Origin: Convolutriloba macropyga
Lineage: Eukaryota
Assembly: GCF_964194025.1 (NCBI RefSeq)
Contig: NC_134468.1
Span: forward strand, 56,916,001-56,980,000
Direction: 5' to 3'
DNA: 64,000 bases
The notes beneath the pieces were generated by a model. It was not told where the DNA came from. It made no database searches and worked only from the letters and a program-made list of their open reading frames with translations. Of the stretch, positions 37,605 to 50,100 are shown in pieces. A program made the position numbers and the translations under genes. How positions within the stretch are numbered: the stretch's first letter is position 1; the number at the start of each line of letters is the position of its first letter.

Positions 37605-38449
37605 TGAGCGTTATTTCCCGAAACCGAACTGGAAATCACTGAAACGTGGTGAAATTTGTAGAGAGTATAGAGAAAATGCAGTTCAAGGATTTTTGAGATA
37701 ATGAGGAGTAATATTTGACTTTAGTCGTCTAACTTCGCTTTGGAACATTTTTCAAAAAATGGGCTAAAAATAAAGTTTTTTCAACAAGCAGCAAAAAAAA
37801 CACCGTTTGCTTTCTTTTTTAGAACGCTGATGGTCTGGACTTGCTGATCGTTTCTGCACGTCTTTCTAAAAAAAGACTGGAGGTAAACCGTCTGGACCCA
37901 CAGCTTTCGTAGTATCAAGATTTTCAGATATACATAGAATTTGACATCGGGAAACGTCAAAATCAAGCAGCGAATTTCCTACTTTGTCCGCTTTTTCCGG
38001 TAAAATATCATTAGACATAGTAAGAATAGGCGCAAAAAACTTGGGACTTCAAATGAGCTGCAATTTCATTCATTTAAGAGACTGAAGCGAAACATAGCTT
38101 GACTTAAGCTCTCAAAAGTTTTGAGAAGCTTGCTTGTAGTTCTTGTCTTTGACAGCCAAATTTCAAATTAGCTCAATTTTGTTCGATTCTGCGTTCTCAT
38201 GAACTTAGCCTCAGTTGAGTTTTCTTGTAGTTATCAGCCTGATTACTCTGAACAGTATAAAAATTTTTGATCTTGTTCGAAGTAGCGTCAGTTACCCAAG
38301 GTGATAACTGAGACCGGCGCTTTTTTTCCATAGAACCGAATGGAAAATGAATTGTTCTATCGAATTACACCACTGACCAATTAGAACATTTAACACGCTC
38401 CGACATATTCCTGAGGACGACTTAGTTATTATAAGGGTGTTGAGGTTAT

Positions 38450-38797
38450 GAATATCGGCGTTGGAATATTTGAAACTAGGAATTAACTTATCGATTATAT
38501 GTATGAAGCCGTTATCCGTCAGTAGTAACAAACCTATACACCTGATGACACTTTTTGGCAAATTTTCCCCAAACACCCGCGGGCATGATCGAATATGTTT
38601 GGGGAAAATGTGCCAAAAAGTGTCATCAGGTGTATAGGGGTGTTACTGACGGAATATCGGCGTTGCAAAATTTGAAGCTAGGAATTAACTTATCGATGAT
38701 CGGTATCAAGCCGTTATCCGTCAGTAGTAACAAACCTATACACCTGATGACACTTTTTGACAGATTTTCCCCAAACATGTTCGATCATGCGCGCGGA
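38450..38797. repeat. Compound direct/inverted repeat X-Y-(YZ)inv-X-YZ
   Basis: 38450-38576 is repeated directly at ~38652-38777. 38578-38653 is the reverse complement of ~38717-38797. Confidence 0.9.
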
Positions 38798-39338
38798 TGA
38801 AAAGTTCTTGGCAATTATTCCCTGTATGTTAGGATTTTCGCCTGAATATTTAAAAGACTTACCTTAACTCCATTTTTGAGCTAGGCAGGTTTATTTCCTT
38901 CGTTTATAAACAATATTTACTCAAACTCGACGGTTATCAGGTTTCTTGACGATTATTTAGTGTATCAGAGGAAATGAAAAACACACCAACCATTTCGTGT
39001 ATCAGAGTAAGTGAAAAACACACCAACCATACGTTTAACAGACAGTCTTGGAACATATACTTTATGATTACTTAAGAGAGAAGAAAAGAAAAGAAATTGA
39101 ATTAATAAGACAATGCTAAGAACAAACAATAAACTATTTATAACGAACATCTACTGAAAATTTAAGACAACATTCTGTTTTAAGTCACTGCTTTAAGTTT
39201 TATGCATAAACTAGTTTGAAACGGCTTTTCCGTCAGCATCTCATGCAACATATATTTGTGTTGTCAGTGATAGGAATTTTCATGAAAAGCAGGAATAGAA
39301 AACGAAGTCATTGTAATCCCCTATCAGAGCTGTCTGCC

Positions 39339-40206
39339 TCTCCTCGTCAATACGTCTTAATACTTCTTGAGACCCCCACTGGAGTAGAATTGGGCAGCTA
39401 TCCCCTATTAAAGCTGATGTTGTCACAAGAAGCTCCCGCGGGGAGCAGTCGCAGGTTTTTGCATCTCCTTGTCAATACTTCTTGAGACCGCCACCGGGGT
39501 GGAGTTGGGCAGCTATCCCCTATTAAAGCTGTTGTTGTCACAAGAAGCTCCTGCTCGGAGCAGTCGCAGGTTGTTGTATCTCCTCGTCAATACTTCTTGA
39601 GACTCCCAACCGTTGTGGAGTTGGGCAGCTTTCCCCTATTAAAGCTGATGTTGTCACAAGAAGCTACTGCGCGGAGCAGTCGCAGGTTTTTGCATCTCCT
39701 CGTCAATACTTCTTGAGACTCCCAACCGGGGTGGAGTTGGGCAGCTATCACCTCTTAAAGCTGTTGTTGTGACAAAAAGCTCCTGCGCGGAGCAGTCGCA
39801 GGTTTTCGCATCTCCTTGTCATTACCTCTTGAGAACCCCAACGGGGTGGAGTTGGGCAGCTATCCCCTATTAAAGTTGTTTCTGTCACAAGAAGCTCCTG
39901 CGAGGAGCAGTCACAGGTTGTTGTATCTCCTCGTCATTACTTCTCGAGACTCCCAACTGGGGTGGAGTTGGGCAGCTATCCCTATTAAAGCTGTTGTTGT
40001 CACAAGAAGCTCCTGCTCGGAGCAGTCGCAGGTTGTCGTATCTCCTCGTCATTACTTCTCGAGACTCCCAACCGGGGTGGAGTTGGGCAGCTATCCCCAA
40101 AAAAGCTGTTGTTGTCACAAGAAGCTCCTGCGCGGAGCATTCGCAGAATTTGTATTCTCCCCGTTGTTACTTCTTGAGATTCCCAACAGGGGTGGAGTTG
40201 GACAGC
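39339..40206. repeat. Tandem array of ~7.5 GC-richer 115-116-bp units
   Basis: The unit tctcctcgtcaatacttcttgagactcccaaccggggtggagttgggcagctatcccctattaaagctgttgttgtcacaagaagctcctgcgcggagcagtcgcaggttgttgta recurs at 39464, 39579, 39695, 39811, 39926 and 40041, plus terminal partial copies. Confidence 0.97.
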
Positions 40207-40330
40207 ATCATCATTATTTAGCGCTTACTGGACAAGCGTTGTTTCTTTGAAGGCGGCTCTTCTTCTGCTTCGAAATTGATATATGGACATCTTGAGAGCG
40301 GCTTTTCCTGGGGAGCTGCGTCATAATCCA

Positions 40331-43300
40331 TTATTTCTTCATCATCGGACTCAATTTGAGAAGTTTGCCAGAACCCACGATCAGGTGCAGAAAGGTTTCT
40401 TCAATCTCACTATGCAGTTGTTCAGCTAATTCTCCAATGATTTCACGTTCGTTCATCTGAATATAGGATTTTAGATTTCTTTCTTGGTGTTTTTTCTCTT
40501 TTTGAACAGTTTTGTAGTGTCCATAGGCATATGAGAAAACGCCATCACTTAGATAATAACGTTTATCAACATATGCACTCAAAGCAATTTTGTTTGACTC
40601 TGTTATGTTGAGTGTGTGTTTGTCACTAGTTGTAGATGTTACTAGTTTTCTCAATGGTGATTTTGATTTGGGCACATCTTTGAACTTATCATGATGAAGT
40701 GTCTTTTTAACATGTTTGCTCACACCCCTGGTACTTTATTTGACTTTCTGCAATGTTTTTACAGAGTAAGTTTTTTGGTTTCAGAAAAACTGCTTCTATC
40801 ACAATGTCACCATTCAGCTCATCTGATAATTTTAGTGGCACTTTTTTGTTCAATTAACTATGTAAGTGATGATCCTTGGGGTAATCACTCAAATCAAGTA
40901 CTTGTTTCAGCGGTACAAAATCGTCGTATATGTCATCCGTTTCAGTTTCATAAAAGAAAAAATCAGTGTCACGATACATTACTCGAGCTTTTTTGTCAAA
41001 CAAAGGCCTCATTTCTTCATAGTGAAACATGTACAGGTGTAGTTTTGACATATCCAAAAAAGCAGCAGCCAGATAGTTTGGTTTATTCAACCTGATCTCT
41101 TTCCGGCTAAAGGTGATCCCAACAAGGTTCTCTAGAAATATTGTGAACTTCTCAAAATTGTACTTGTTGCAATAAAATTTTGCTTTCTCCTCGTTTTCAA
41201 CAAATACCATCTTGTAACGACATTTCAAATTTTTCATCGTTTTTCCGAAGCTTGAATTGTTCAGCAAATTAAAAAAGTTCTTTTCAAAGGTGCTGATTCC
41301 GGGTTGTTGTCGCAATTTTGTATTCTGCTCAATATAGCACTTCATAAAGTCACTCTGGTTGAACTTCAAAGTCTAATGTAGTCTGGTTACTTGGAGCCCC
41401 TGTTGACAAAAAAACTTTAGAACTGAATAATGACATGCATAATTCTGCTCTGACTGAGACGTTTCCAGAAGCTCTGGGATATGACTGGTCTTGTTTCCCA
41501 ACTGTACTTGATACTGAGAAAGCATCTCAGCATCGATTGTTAACTTCTCAGAGGGAAGTCTTTTTTGACAGTCATGTAAGTTGCTAGGATAACTCGGGTC
41601 AACCATTACAAAGTACCCAACATCACTTTCGTCAGATGTTTGCATGATCTTGTCCAAACTGATGTCTGACCATTCAATATCTCCGGTTGGCAGTTTTTTC
41701 GTCCTTGTTCCACCGTATAAGTTAACGACATCCAGAAAAAGTCCATATGTACTTGGTTTTTCTTTATCAAAGGCATTCAAGTATTTCTTGTTAGCTATCT
41801 TATACCGTTTTTCACTAATTCCATTCAATCCTCCACGGATGGTTCTCTCACAAAACAACAGCATATCTATATCAAAGAGCAAGTCCTGTTTCACTTCAGT
41901 TGTTTTCAGCATTGCATCCCATGAAATATTGGGTGCTTTATAGTAATGACAGGGGTCTAATCCATATACCTAACCAAACAGTCTCCGGCATTTTTCAAAG
42001 ACGTCAGCCAGAAGAATGACATCAGATTTGAGATACAACAAGAGATAGTCTCCAAAGTTTTTTTCAGCCAAACATAATTCAAACTTTGTTAGCATGCTGA
42101 ACATCCTCCTCAGAAACATTAATTTGACCTGACAGCGAATTTATCCACTGATCACCATAATAAGGCAACGACTTTTCAGAGAGTTTCTCAAAGCCATCGA
42201 GAAGCGAATATGGGAAAACTCCTTTCTTTTGCAAAATGTCGACATGTTTTGGGAAGTGTTTAGATAATTGAATGTGGTCCCTAGTTTCGAGTGTTGTAGC
42301 CAGAGTGTCAATACTCCCCGATAAAAAACGAAAACTTTCAAGGAAACAAAATTCTTCATATCGTAGCTTGTCATCTTTCGTTTTACCAACAGGAACAAAG
42401 AACGAGAATGAGATGTTTGTCTCACTGTTACTGGGATTTAATGACTATTTTTCGTCCGAGTGGATTTCAATGTATTTCAGTAGATGAAGTGCGTCATATT
42501 TACTTAGGTTGTGGAGGAAAGTAGGCGTAAAAGTCTGCGTACGAACCTTCAGATTGCAGCTGTTGTGTGCAACTCCGTAGATTTCACCAGTAAAGTGATC
42601 ATGATGGATTTCATTTTCGTCGTTCAAACACATCTGACAAATAACACATCCGTACTCAGATCAATCATTCTCTTCAGTTTTTCATCAGATATTATGAGCA
42701 TTTTATGCTTTTGTTTTCTCTCACAAATAAATTTGGCATTCTCTCGGAGCCACCAAAAAAATTTTGAAAAGATTTCTCACCTTCAAAGCTATAATAATCA
42801 CTTCTTCCAGCTTCGTGAACAGCACAAAAACCTATTGCGGAAAGTTTCTGAGTTTCTTTGCACAGTGTGTAGCTAGTATAAGGATTCTGTCAGCAGGTGC
42901 CATGCTTAAGACTGACAGCCTCTGTGTCGGCGTAAATGACTAAAGGAACTGAAAACGATTTATGTCAATTTGTAATTTCAGTTTTTGAGTCCTCCATTGG
43001 CATAGTAATATGAACAGCTCTGTGCTCTTCACACAAATCCAAAAGTTTCTCATTTGCTTTTGAATTCCAAAATTCATGAAGGCAGCATTCGCAGTTATTG
43101 TACCGGCTATGATTCCTTGTTCCAAACTGGCAGGCAATGAAAATGTGAAAATTTGTTATCAGGCAGTAATGACTTAGTGCTCAATCAGTAAGCAAAAGCA
43201 AAGGAATATTTTTTTTGGACAAGTAAAGTGGTAAAATTTTGTTTTCCTCGAAACCAAAGATATTAATTCCAATAGTGTTTTGCTTTTTAATTTTTGGAAC

Positions 43301-44115
43301 GTCCGTCAAAGACATGGGGAACTCAATATTATTCAATTTAAATTTGTGCAACTTCGACCTGTATTTGTTTTGCCGCTGCTTTCGCTCGTTCTCTGGAAAC
43401 ATTGCTGCAAGCGCTGAGTATGCAAAGCTTTTGTTGTCATTGTTTCTAATGTTCAGAAGAGAGTGATTTACCACTAAGGCCAATAGCGTAGCAATTTAAC
43501 TGCTTCCTCTGATGGGCTTAAATTTGTTGATATTGACATCCAAATGATCAATTCTCTGAACAACGAATGCACTTCCACCTGTTGAAAAAATGTGGATTGA
43601 ATTGTTCATTTGGTCAACCATTTAAAAAAAAATTCACCATCTGATAGTTCTGTTGTTAAAATTTTCGACTTTATGTTTGCATGACAGCCGACTTTGGTAT
43701 CATCTGTTGGTTTCAACATCTGTACAAAAACAGAGAGCTGAATTTTCAAAGGACCAAGCTCCGCTATTCTGTTTCTCACGAACAATTTAAGCCCTTCGAG
43801 ATGCTCCAAACTGCACTTAATCTTCTCGGAAACCTATGTGTGAGTACCATGAGCGTCTTCCTCATGCCTAGCACATGATGAAGTGTCGCCATGAATTTGT
43901 GTACAATGCTTGCAATTTGTGTACTTCTGACATCCATGAACTGTTTTTAAATTGCGAATTACACTTCTGCTCTCTGTGAATTTGCTACCACAAGCTCCAT
44001 AATCATAGTTTGCAGTTTTTTCAAGTTTTATATTATGCTCCTTCTCCATATGCTGCAATAAATTCTCTTTCCTGCTGGACTTCTTCCAGCACTCGTCACA
44101 GTTGAAAGTCTTCAT
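40331..44115 (-). pseudogene. Fragmented Polinton/Maverick (adintovirus-type) protein-primed DNA polymerase B with N-terminal C2H2 fingers and an endonuclease VII-like insert
   Basis: Ordered motifs on the - strand: three C2H2-like fingers (43834-44115); KFKPIRGSS; NIRNNDNKSFAY..LA; IEFPM...GINIFG; HYCLI; HHDHFTG..YGVAHNSCNL (EndoVII-like); HNLSKYD (ExoII); RKGVFPY; LYLKSDV.LLADVFE (ExoIII); DP.HYY..P.ISWDAMLK; IRGG; LDVVNLYG (Pol A); NLLNNSSFGKT (Pol B); YRDTD (Pol C); DKRY...YAYGHY. Many frameshifts and stops. Confidence 0.9.
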
Positions 44116-45547
44116 CTAAAACGATATATTAATATTTGATTACTGATGAACACTTTGCGAAACATTCTAAAAAGACTCATCCACGGATCATATATAGTAA
44201 TTTAAACCATACAAGGAATACGAATAACTTATTAAATTAACCTTTTCACTTAAAACTATTCAGAGCTACTATCTATGAAATCAGTGGTTTAATTGATCTT
44301 GATCCTGTATTAAATTTTGGTTTTTAATTTTTACGGGCTCTAGCGATGAATGACGTCATAAAAATTGGCTTTGATTTAATTTAACATTTGATCATGAAAA
44401 AAATAGGTTTGCATTTGAAAAAGAAATTGACAGGAAAAAATGGTCGGAATTTATCAGAAAACAGAAATTGAAAAAATGCTAATAATGTATACTTTAATTT
44501 AAGTTTCCATGATTTTGTACCCATTTTATGGCTTTTTTAAAATGGTTTCTTCCCTAAAAAGTTGAAATCCCACAAAATAAGATGTTTCCCGGTTTCGTTT
44601 TTAGCATATGCACAGCTGGTTTTTAAGAGAAAAAAGGACTTACAATTGTAAATTGTTTGTGCCTGCAAAAAAAAATTAGTTTGAAGAAAGAGCTACTTGA
44701 CTGAAATTCAAACAACTGGTTCGCAGTTGTTGAATCCTTTAAAATGATTTTTTTTAGTTTTTGTTTTTTTTCTAATTATTCCATCAAATAATTACATGCA
44801 TCAAATTGTTTTCTGTTTGGTTACGCAAAAACCTCTTCAATGAAAGGAAAATTTTACCGTCAGAAAATTTTTTCTCTATAGTTTTTTGCAGGTGATCCGA
44901 AAGTCAATTTTCTGGGAAGCATTGGATAGATATGCAGATTTTAAGCCAAAAAAGACTTGCAAATGACTGACTTTAAACTGTTGAACAGTTTTTTTATAAT
45001 CAGAAAGATGTTTAGTCTTCCACGTTGTTTCAGCATAAGGAGCAAAAAAGTTGGCAAACCGCCATACTCCAACCACTTGCAACAACTAGTATAAAAAATA
45101 TACTTACTTCCATAAGACCTATATTGAATCGGTTTTAAAAGAAATTTGCAAGCATCAAAACTAATCCATTGGGAAAAAGAACGACTGATCAGTAGTTGTT
45201 GAAAGCTTCAACATGAGTTTTCGCTCAGAGGACATTATTTTTATGGTCAGCTCAAGAGGTCAGCTCAAGAGTTCAGGTGGCTTTACTTATGATTTGGGCA
45301 GCAGCCAAGAAATTTGAATCAGGAGACACTCTGGAAGTTGCTAAGTAATGCTACTGTGTGGTGTGTTTAAAACTGCAATTTGATAGCTTGTTGTTAGAGT
45401 TCATGAATGAAGATGTACTGGTGGATGGTCCAGATTTTCAGATAAAGGAATTTTGGAGTTGATTACAGAGGGCTACTGAGGTAACAAAATGGCTCGGGTT
45501 GTGCGGTGTTAACGGTGCTGATGTATGGCGTCATAGGGATAGGACTT

Positions 45548-45746
45548 TGTCACTGACATGACTTCTTGTCGAAAACGAACGGAAGTGATTTTCGACACGA
45601 GCCTCACAACACAAATTACAATCATACAAAACACTCGCAATCAAAGGAAACTAATATATCTAATCTAAATCAAAATAACAAACAACATTTTTTATTAGCA
45701 CATTCGAACGATAACCCAAACCCAAATTAAGTTGTTTTTGTTAACA
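45548..45746 (+). repeat. 5' LTR (199 bp)
   Basis: TGTCACTGACA...GTTAACA, near-identical to 53052-53250. Confidence 0.96.
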
Positions 45747-45751
45747 TATTC

Positions 45752-45762
45752 TGACGCCCAAC
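45752..45762 (+). promoter_or_regulatory. Primer-binding site, tRNA-Lys-like
   Basis: TGACGCCCAAC lies 5 nt after the 5' LTR and is one mismatch from TGGCGCCCAAC, the complement of the tRNA-Lys 3' end. Confidence 0.65.
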
Positions 45763-45939
45763 CACATCAGGCAACAAATTCAACTCCTGAAAAATATCCA
45801 AAGATCGAGAAATTTTACTAAAACAGTCCAAATGTAACAGCAAGAGGGTTCGCAAAGCATCACAACAGACTGAAAGCAGAACCAAAAGACCAAAAGACAG
45901 TCTTTAAAAATTTATCTTATTATTTACCCGCGCGCTCTG

Positions 45940-46533
45940 TTTTCGGTTTTTGGGGTTTTACCCGCCCCAAATCCCTCCAGGTTGGTTGCCTTCCCAACCC
46001 CCCGCGCTTTCTTTGCTTTCGGTTTTTGGGGTTTTACCCGACCCAAATCTCCCCAATTTAGTTGCCTTCCCAACCCCCCGCGCTTTCTTTGCTTTCGGTT
46101 TTTGGGGTTTTACCCGCACCAAATCCCTCCAGGTTGGTTGCCTTCCCAACCCCCCGCGCTTTCTTGGCTTTCGGTTTTTGGGGTTTTACCCGCCCCAAAT
46201 CCCCCCAGGTTGGTTGCCTTCCCAACCCCCGCGCTTTCATTGCTTTCGGTTTTTGGGGTTTTACCCGCCCCAAATCCCCCCAGGTTGGTTGCCTTCCCAA
46301 TACCCCGCGCTTTCTTTGCTTTCGGTTTTTGGGGTTTTACCCGCCCCAAATCTCCCCAAGTTAGTTGGCTTCCCAACCCCCCGCGCTTTCTTTGCTTTCG
46401 GTTTTTGGGGTTCTACCCGGCCCAAATCCCCCCAGGTTGGTTGCCTTCCCAACTCGCCCGCGCTTTCTTTGCTTTCGGTTTTTGGGGGTTTTACCCGCCC
46501 CAAATCCCCCCAGGTTACTCCGCCCCAAATTCC
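45940..46533. repeat. Tandem array of ~7.5 x 76-bp units in the BEL leader
   Basis: Unit ttttacccgccccaaatccccccaggttggttgccttcccaaccccccgcgctttctttgctttcggtttttgggg with a ~76-bp period. Confidence 0.97.
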
Positions 46534-47104
46534 CCGGTCTCTTTTCTTCCAGACCACTCACGCTATCTTTGCTTTTCGTCTGCTACCGAGTTTGATTACT
46601 ATCTCAACTTTTCTGAATTTCACTAATAGGTGTGGACCTATTGGTAAAAGCTGTTACTGGTTGATTGCAAGTATCCAGCAACAAAGTTACCGGCAATTAG
46701 AACTTAGGTATAAGTAGGTACAAGTTGCAGCAGTAGGTAGCAGGTATTAGGTAGGTAAAATTTGGGAGCTTGTAGGTAGTTAAGTTTGGTATAAGTTTGC
46801 AGGTAGGTAGCAAGTGTTAGTTAGTTGGATTATTAACAATCCTTAATTGAACTTGATTTGTATAAGTTTTAGCAGTTAGGTAGCAGGTAACAGGTAGGCA
46901 TTTAACAGGTAGGTAACTGGTATATGTAGAAACACCCAGATAGCGCTAGTAAGTAGCCCTTAGAAAACATTTGTACCAGATAATTGTCAAGCTGTCAGGA
47001 ATTTGAGAATAAATTTGCTGTTGCTTATCTGGTGTGAGTTACATAAACCAAAAACCAAAAACTTTTCTCCAACAAGGTTAAAGAAAACAGTCTACGTTAT
47101 AGTC

Positions 47105-50100
47105 ATGGTGGACACTCGGTCAACCGCTAACTCCGATAGCGACCAGAGAGAAACAACTATCTTGGAGAACCTTCATCAATGTTCTAGTGGTCCAACAGAG
47201 AGCCTCTTTGAAGAAAAACCAGAAACACTTCAAGAACAGAAGATGCTTGAATCTTCCAAAATGTTGTTAACGGACGATATACCTTTTCACCTTGAAAACC
47301 TAAACTCCTCAATTGATGATTCAGAAGATGTTGACATACTACAGGAAACAGTCCAAGAGATAAAAGAGAAGCAGCGAAAACTTGAAACCGTAGTGTCTCA
47401 ATTAATAATTCTGATTGATCCGTCAGAACAGAGCAATTATTCTCGCGAACATAGTCGTCTTAAGATAGAAGTTAAAAAGTGTATCGATAATTTCAAAAAA
47501 TATGTCAAGGGGAAGTCACAGATAAATACTGGAGAGGACTTCAGTCTCTGTGTTGGTGCCACCAACAGACCAAATTGTCCGCCGGACAGCTCTAATTTTC
47601 AATTTACTAACCCAGTTCAACCTCGTCTTGATATCAGCAATCAGGAGCAATATGCAGTTAGTTTCATCAGCGCCCGCTGTGAAAAACAATGTCAGTTTTT
47701 CTGCATCCAGCAGCTTACTATTTGATTCTAACTTCGCTCCATCGTCGTTGCTTAACGCACATTCCTTCAATTGACCCACTCCTCAGAGTATATTTCCTGA
47801 AACAAATCGCAACGCATCAAACAATAACTTCGATCATCGAGGACTTCTAAACGCAGAAAGCTCAAACCAATGTTCAACCAGCTCAATGTCAGTGTGCTTC
47901 CAAAAATCTGTCCCGAAACTGCACGCAGAAACGTTCAACGGTGATCCAATGAAGTGGATAAAATGGTATAGCATTTTCAAAGCAACTAACGACCAATCAC
48001 CCATGTCGTCAGCTGAAAAAATGATCCATTTGCAATCACTGCTCACAGGAGAAGTTAAAGCACTAGTTGATGGTTAAGGTTGCAACGGTAATTTATACGC
48101 AGCAGCTCTATCAAGACTGCAAGAACATTTGGCAATTCACAGAGGATTGTCAATGCTTTTCTGGACAAATTATCAAACCTAAGAAATCCAAACTTATCAA
48201 ATCCGGAAACTTATACCCAGTATTCCTCGTTTCTTCTAACGCTTGTCGACACCTTTCAACAACTCGGTTTTATTCATGATCTTCACTCCATAATCAACTT
48301 GAACATAGCTTTAACAAAATTACCAAATCCAGTCAGACTCGAATGGAACCGTTATGTCCTAGAAAAAACCATGACACAGCCGTCTTTAAACGCGCTTGAT
48401 GAGTGGCTCCTAAACTATGCAAAAAAAATGCCGAGATTTACCAAAAAACTCAAACCTCCCATCTTCTCAAAACATTGGTGTTCATAAAATGGCCTGGAAA
48501 ACGTCGCACTCTACCAGAATTATTGAAAATCCGAATTCAAAGCATCAATTGCTGAGTAACAGGGAACAAGGGCAATTTCAGTCTAAGACGAAAGAAAGCG
48601 TTAGTTGTCCCAACAATCACAATTGCCAATACCGCTACAAATGCATACATTTCCAAGCACTGAGTCCCCCAAAACGGAAAGATCATGTAATGAAGCAAAA
48701 TCTTTGTTTCAATTGTTTTGGACATCATCATGTAGATCAATGCAATTCAAAAAACGTCTGCCGCTCAAAAGGCTGCGGCAAAAGACATAACACATTTCTG
48801 CACGATAGTTTTATGAACAAAAGCAACTCAAACGTTAAACCAGTGCAATTTGTTGGAACAGGCCAAGTGGCTTTTGTGGCAGTTCAATTGATAAATGGAA
48901 ACCAGTCTGTGAAAACATACGCATACCTAGACAACGGTAGCTGTCAAAGTCTACTTCTGAAATCAACAGCAAAAGAACTTGGTCTTAACCTCGAAAAAAC
49001 AGGTAAAATGCCTTTAAGTGTGTATCACACGACTAAGGAAATTGATTCCTCCAAAGTTTGCTTTGACATAAAGCCAATAGATAGCTCAGTCGAACCTGTC
49101 AGACTTAATGATGTTATGGCAGTACCAGATTTGAACATGTCCGCAGTGAATGTAGCTCAACTAAACGCTTTGTGCAATAATTATGATCATCTCAGTCATG
49201 TAAGTTTTCCTGAACTTGAACGGAACAATGTCTCAATTATTATAGGCATTGACAACTTAGACTTGATTCACTATAAACAAATTGTAAAAGGTCCAAAAAA
49301 TGCCCCATGGGGCGTTGAAACTCCATTAGGATGGACGTGCGCCGGTAAAACGAATTTAGTTTTCAATGAGTCTACAACTGTACAGTATACTCAGGTGGAA
49401 AATTGCCCTAATATGGACAACTCTCTTTTGATTGGATGAAAGTGGAAAACTTGGGCATTGCATCGCCCCGAAAAGCTTTGTTGGAAAACGATAAAAAAGC
49501 GATTGAAATTTTAGAGTCCACGACCAAAATTGTTGACGGTCATCATCAAATAGGTCTCCTCTGGAAGCAAGGTGCATTTCTTGCGAACAACAGATGGTTA
49601 GCATTAAAACAACTTGACCAATTAGATCAAAAGCTTTCAAAAAATCCGATACTAAAGGAAAAGTACCAGGCTACTCTGGACGCAGACTTGGAAAAAGGAT
49701 ACGTTGTCAAAGTGCATGATTCCGAATCTCTAACAGATAATGTCTCCTTTTTGCCTCATCACCCAGTGACCAATGAAAATAAACCTGGTAAGGTTCATAG
49801 AGTTGCAAATGCCTCCAGCATTTTCCAGGGTCAGTCCCTCAACTCTAATTTACTGAAAGGACCAGATTTGCTCAGCAACCTAACTGGTGTCATTATGAGG
49901 TTTCGTGAGAATCGAATTGCCCTGTGTGCAGACATAGAACAAATGTACATGCAAGTGAAAGTTGACCCTAAAGACCGACCCTACTTACGCTTCCTCTGGA
50001 ACAACAGTGGACACATAGAGACTTACGAACACACAAGTCATATTTTTTGGGCAACAGATTCACCCTGCATAGCATCTTACGCGCTCAGAAGATCTGCTCA

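Noticed and set aside
39339-40206. CRISPR array or hammerhead-ribozyme (retrozyme) multimer
   Set aside because: Units repeat over their whole length with no unique spacers, and there are no cas genes. The closest hammerhead-like motifs (TTGACGA on -, CTGATGT on +) are non-canonical and lack a properly placed GAAA.
39216-40250. ORFs within the 115-bp array
   Set aside because: The period is not a multiple of 3 and the same peptides recur in shifting frames.
45946-46492. TTTTGGGG as a ciliate-type telomeric repeat
   Set aside because: Occurs once per 76-bp unit as a hairpin arm, not as a contiguous telomeric tract.
45950-46717. 255-aa and 214-aa Pro/Gly/Phe-rich ORFs and their antisense ORFs
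   Set aside because: Artefacts of a stop-poor 76-bp tandem repeat that is open in several frames on both strands.
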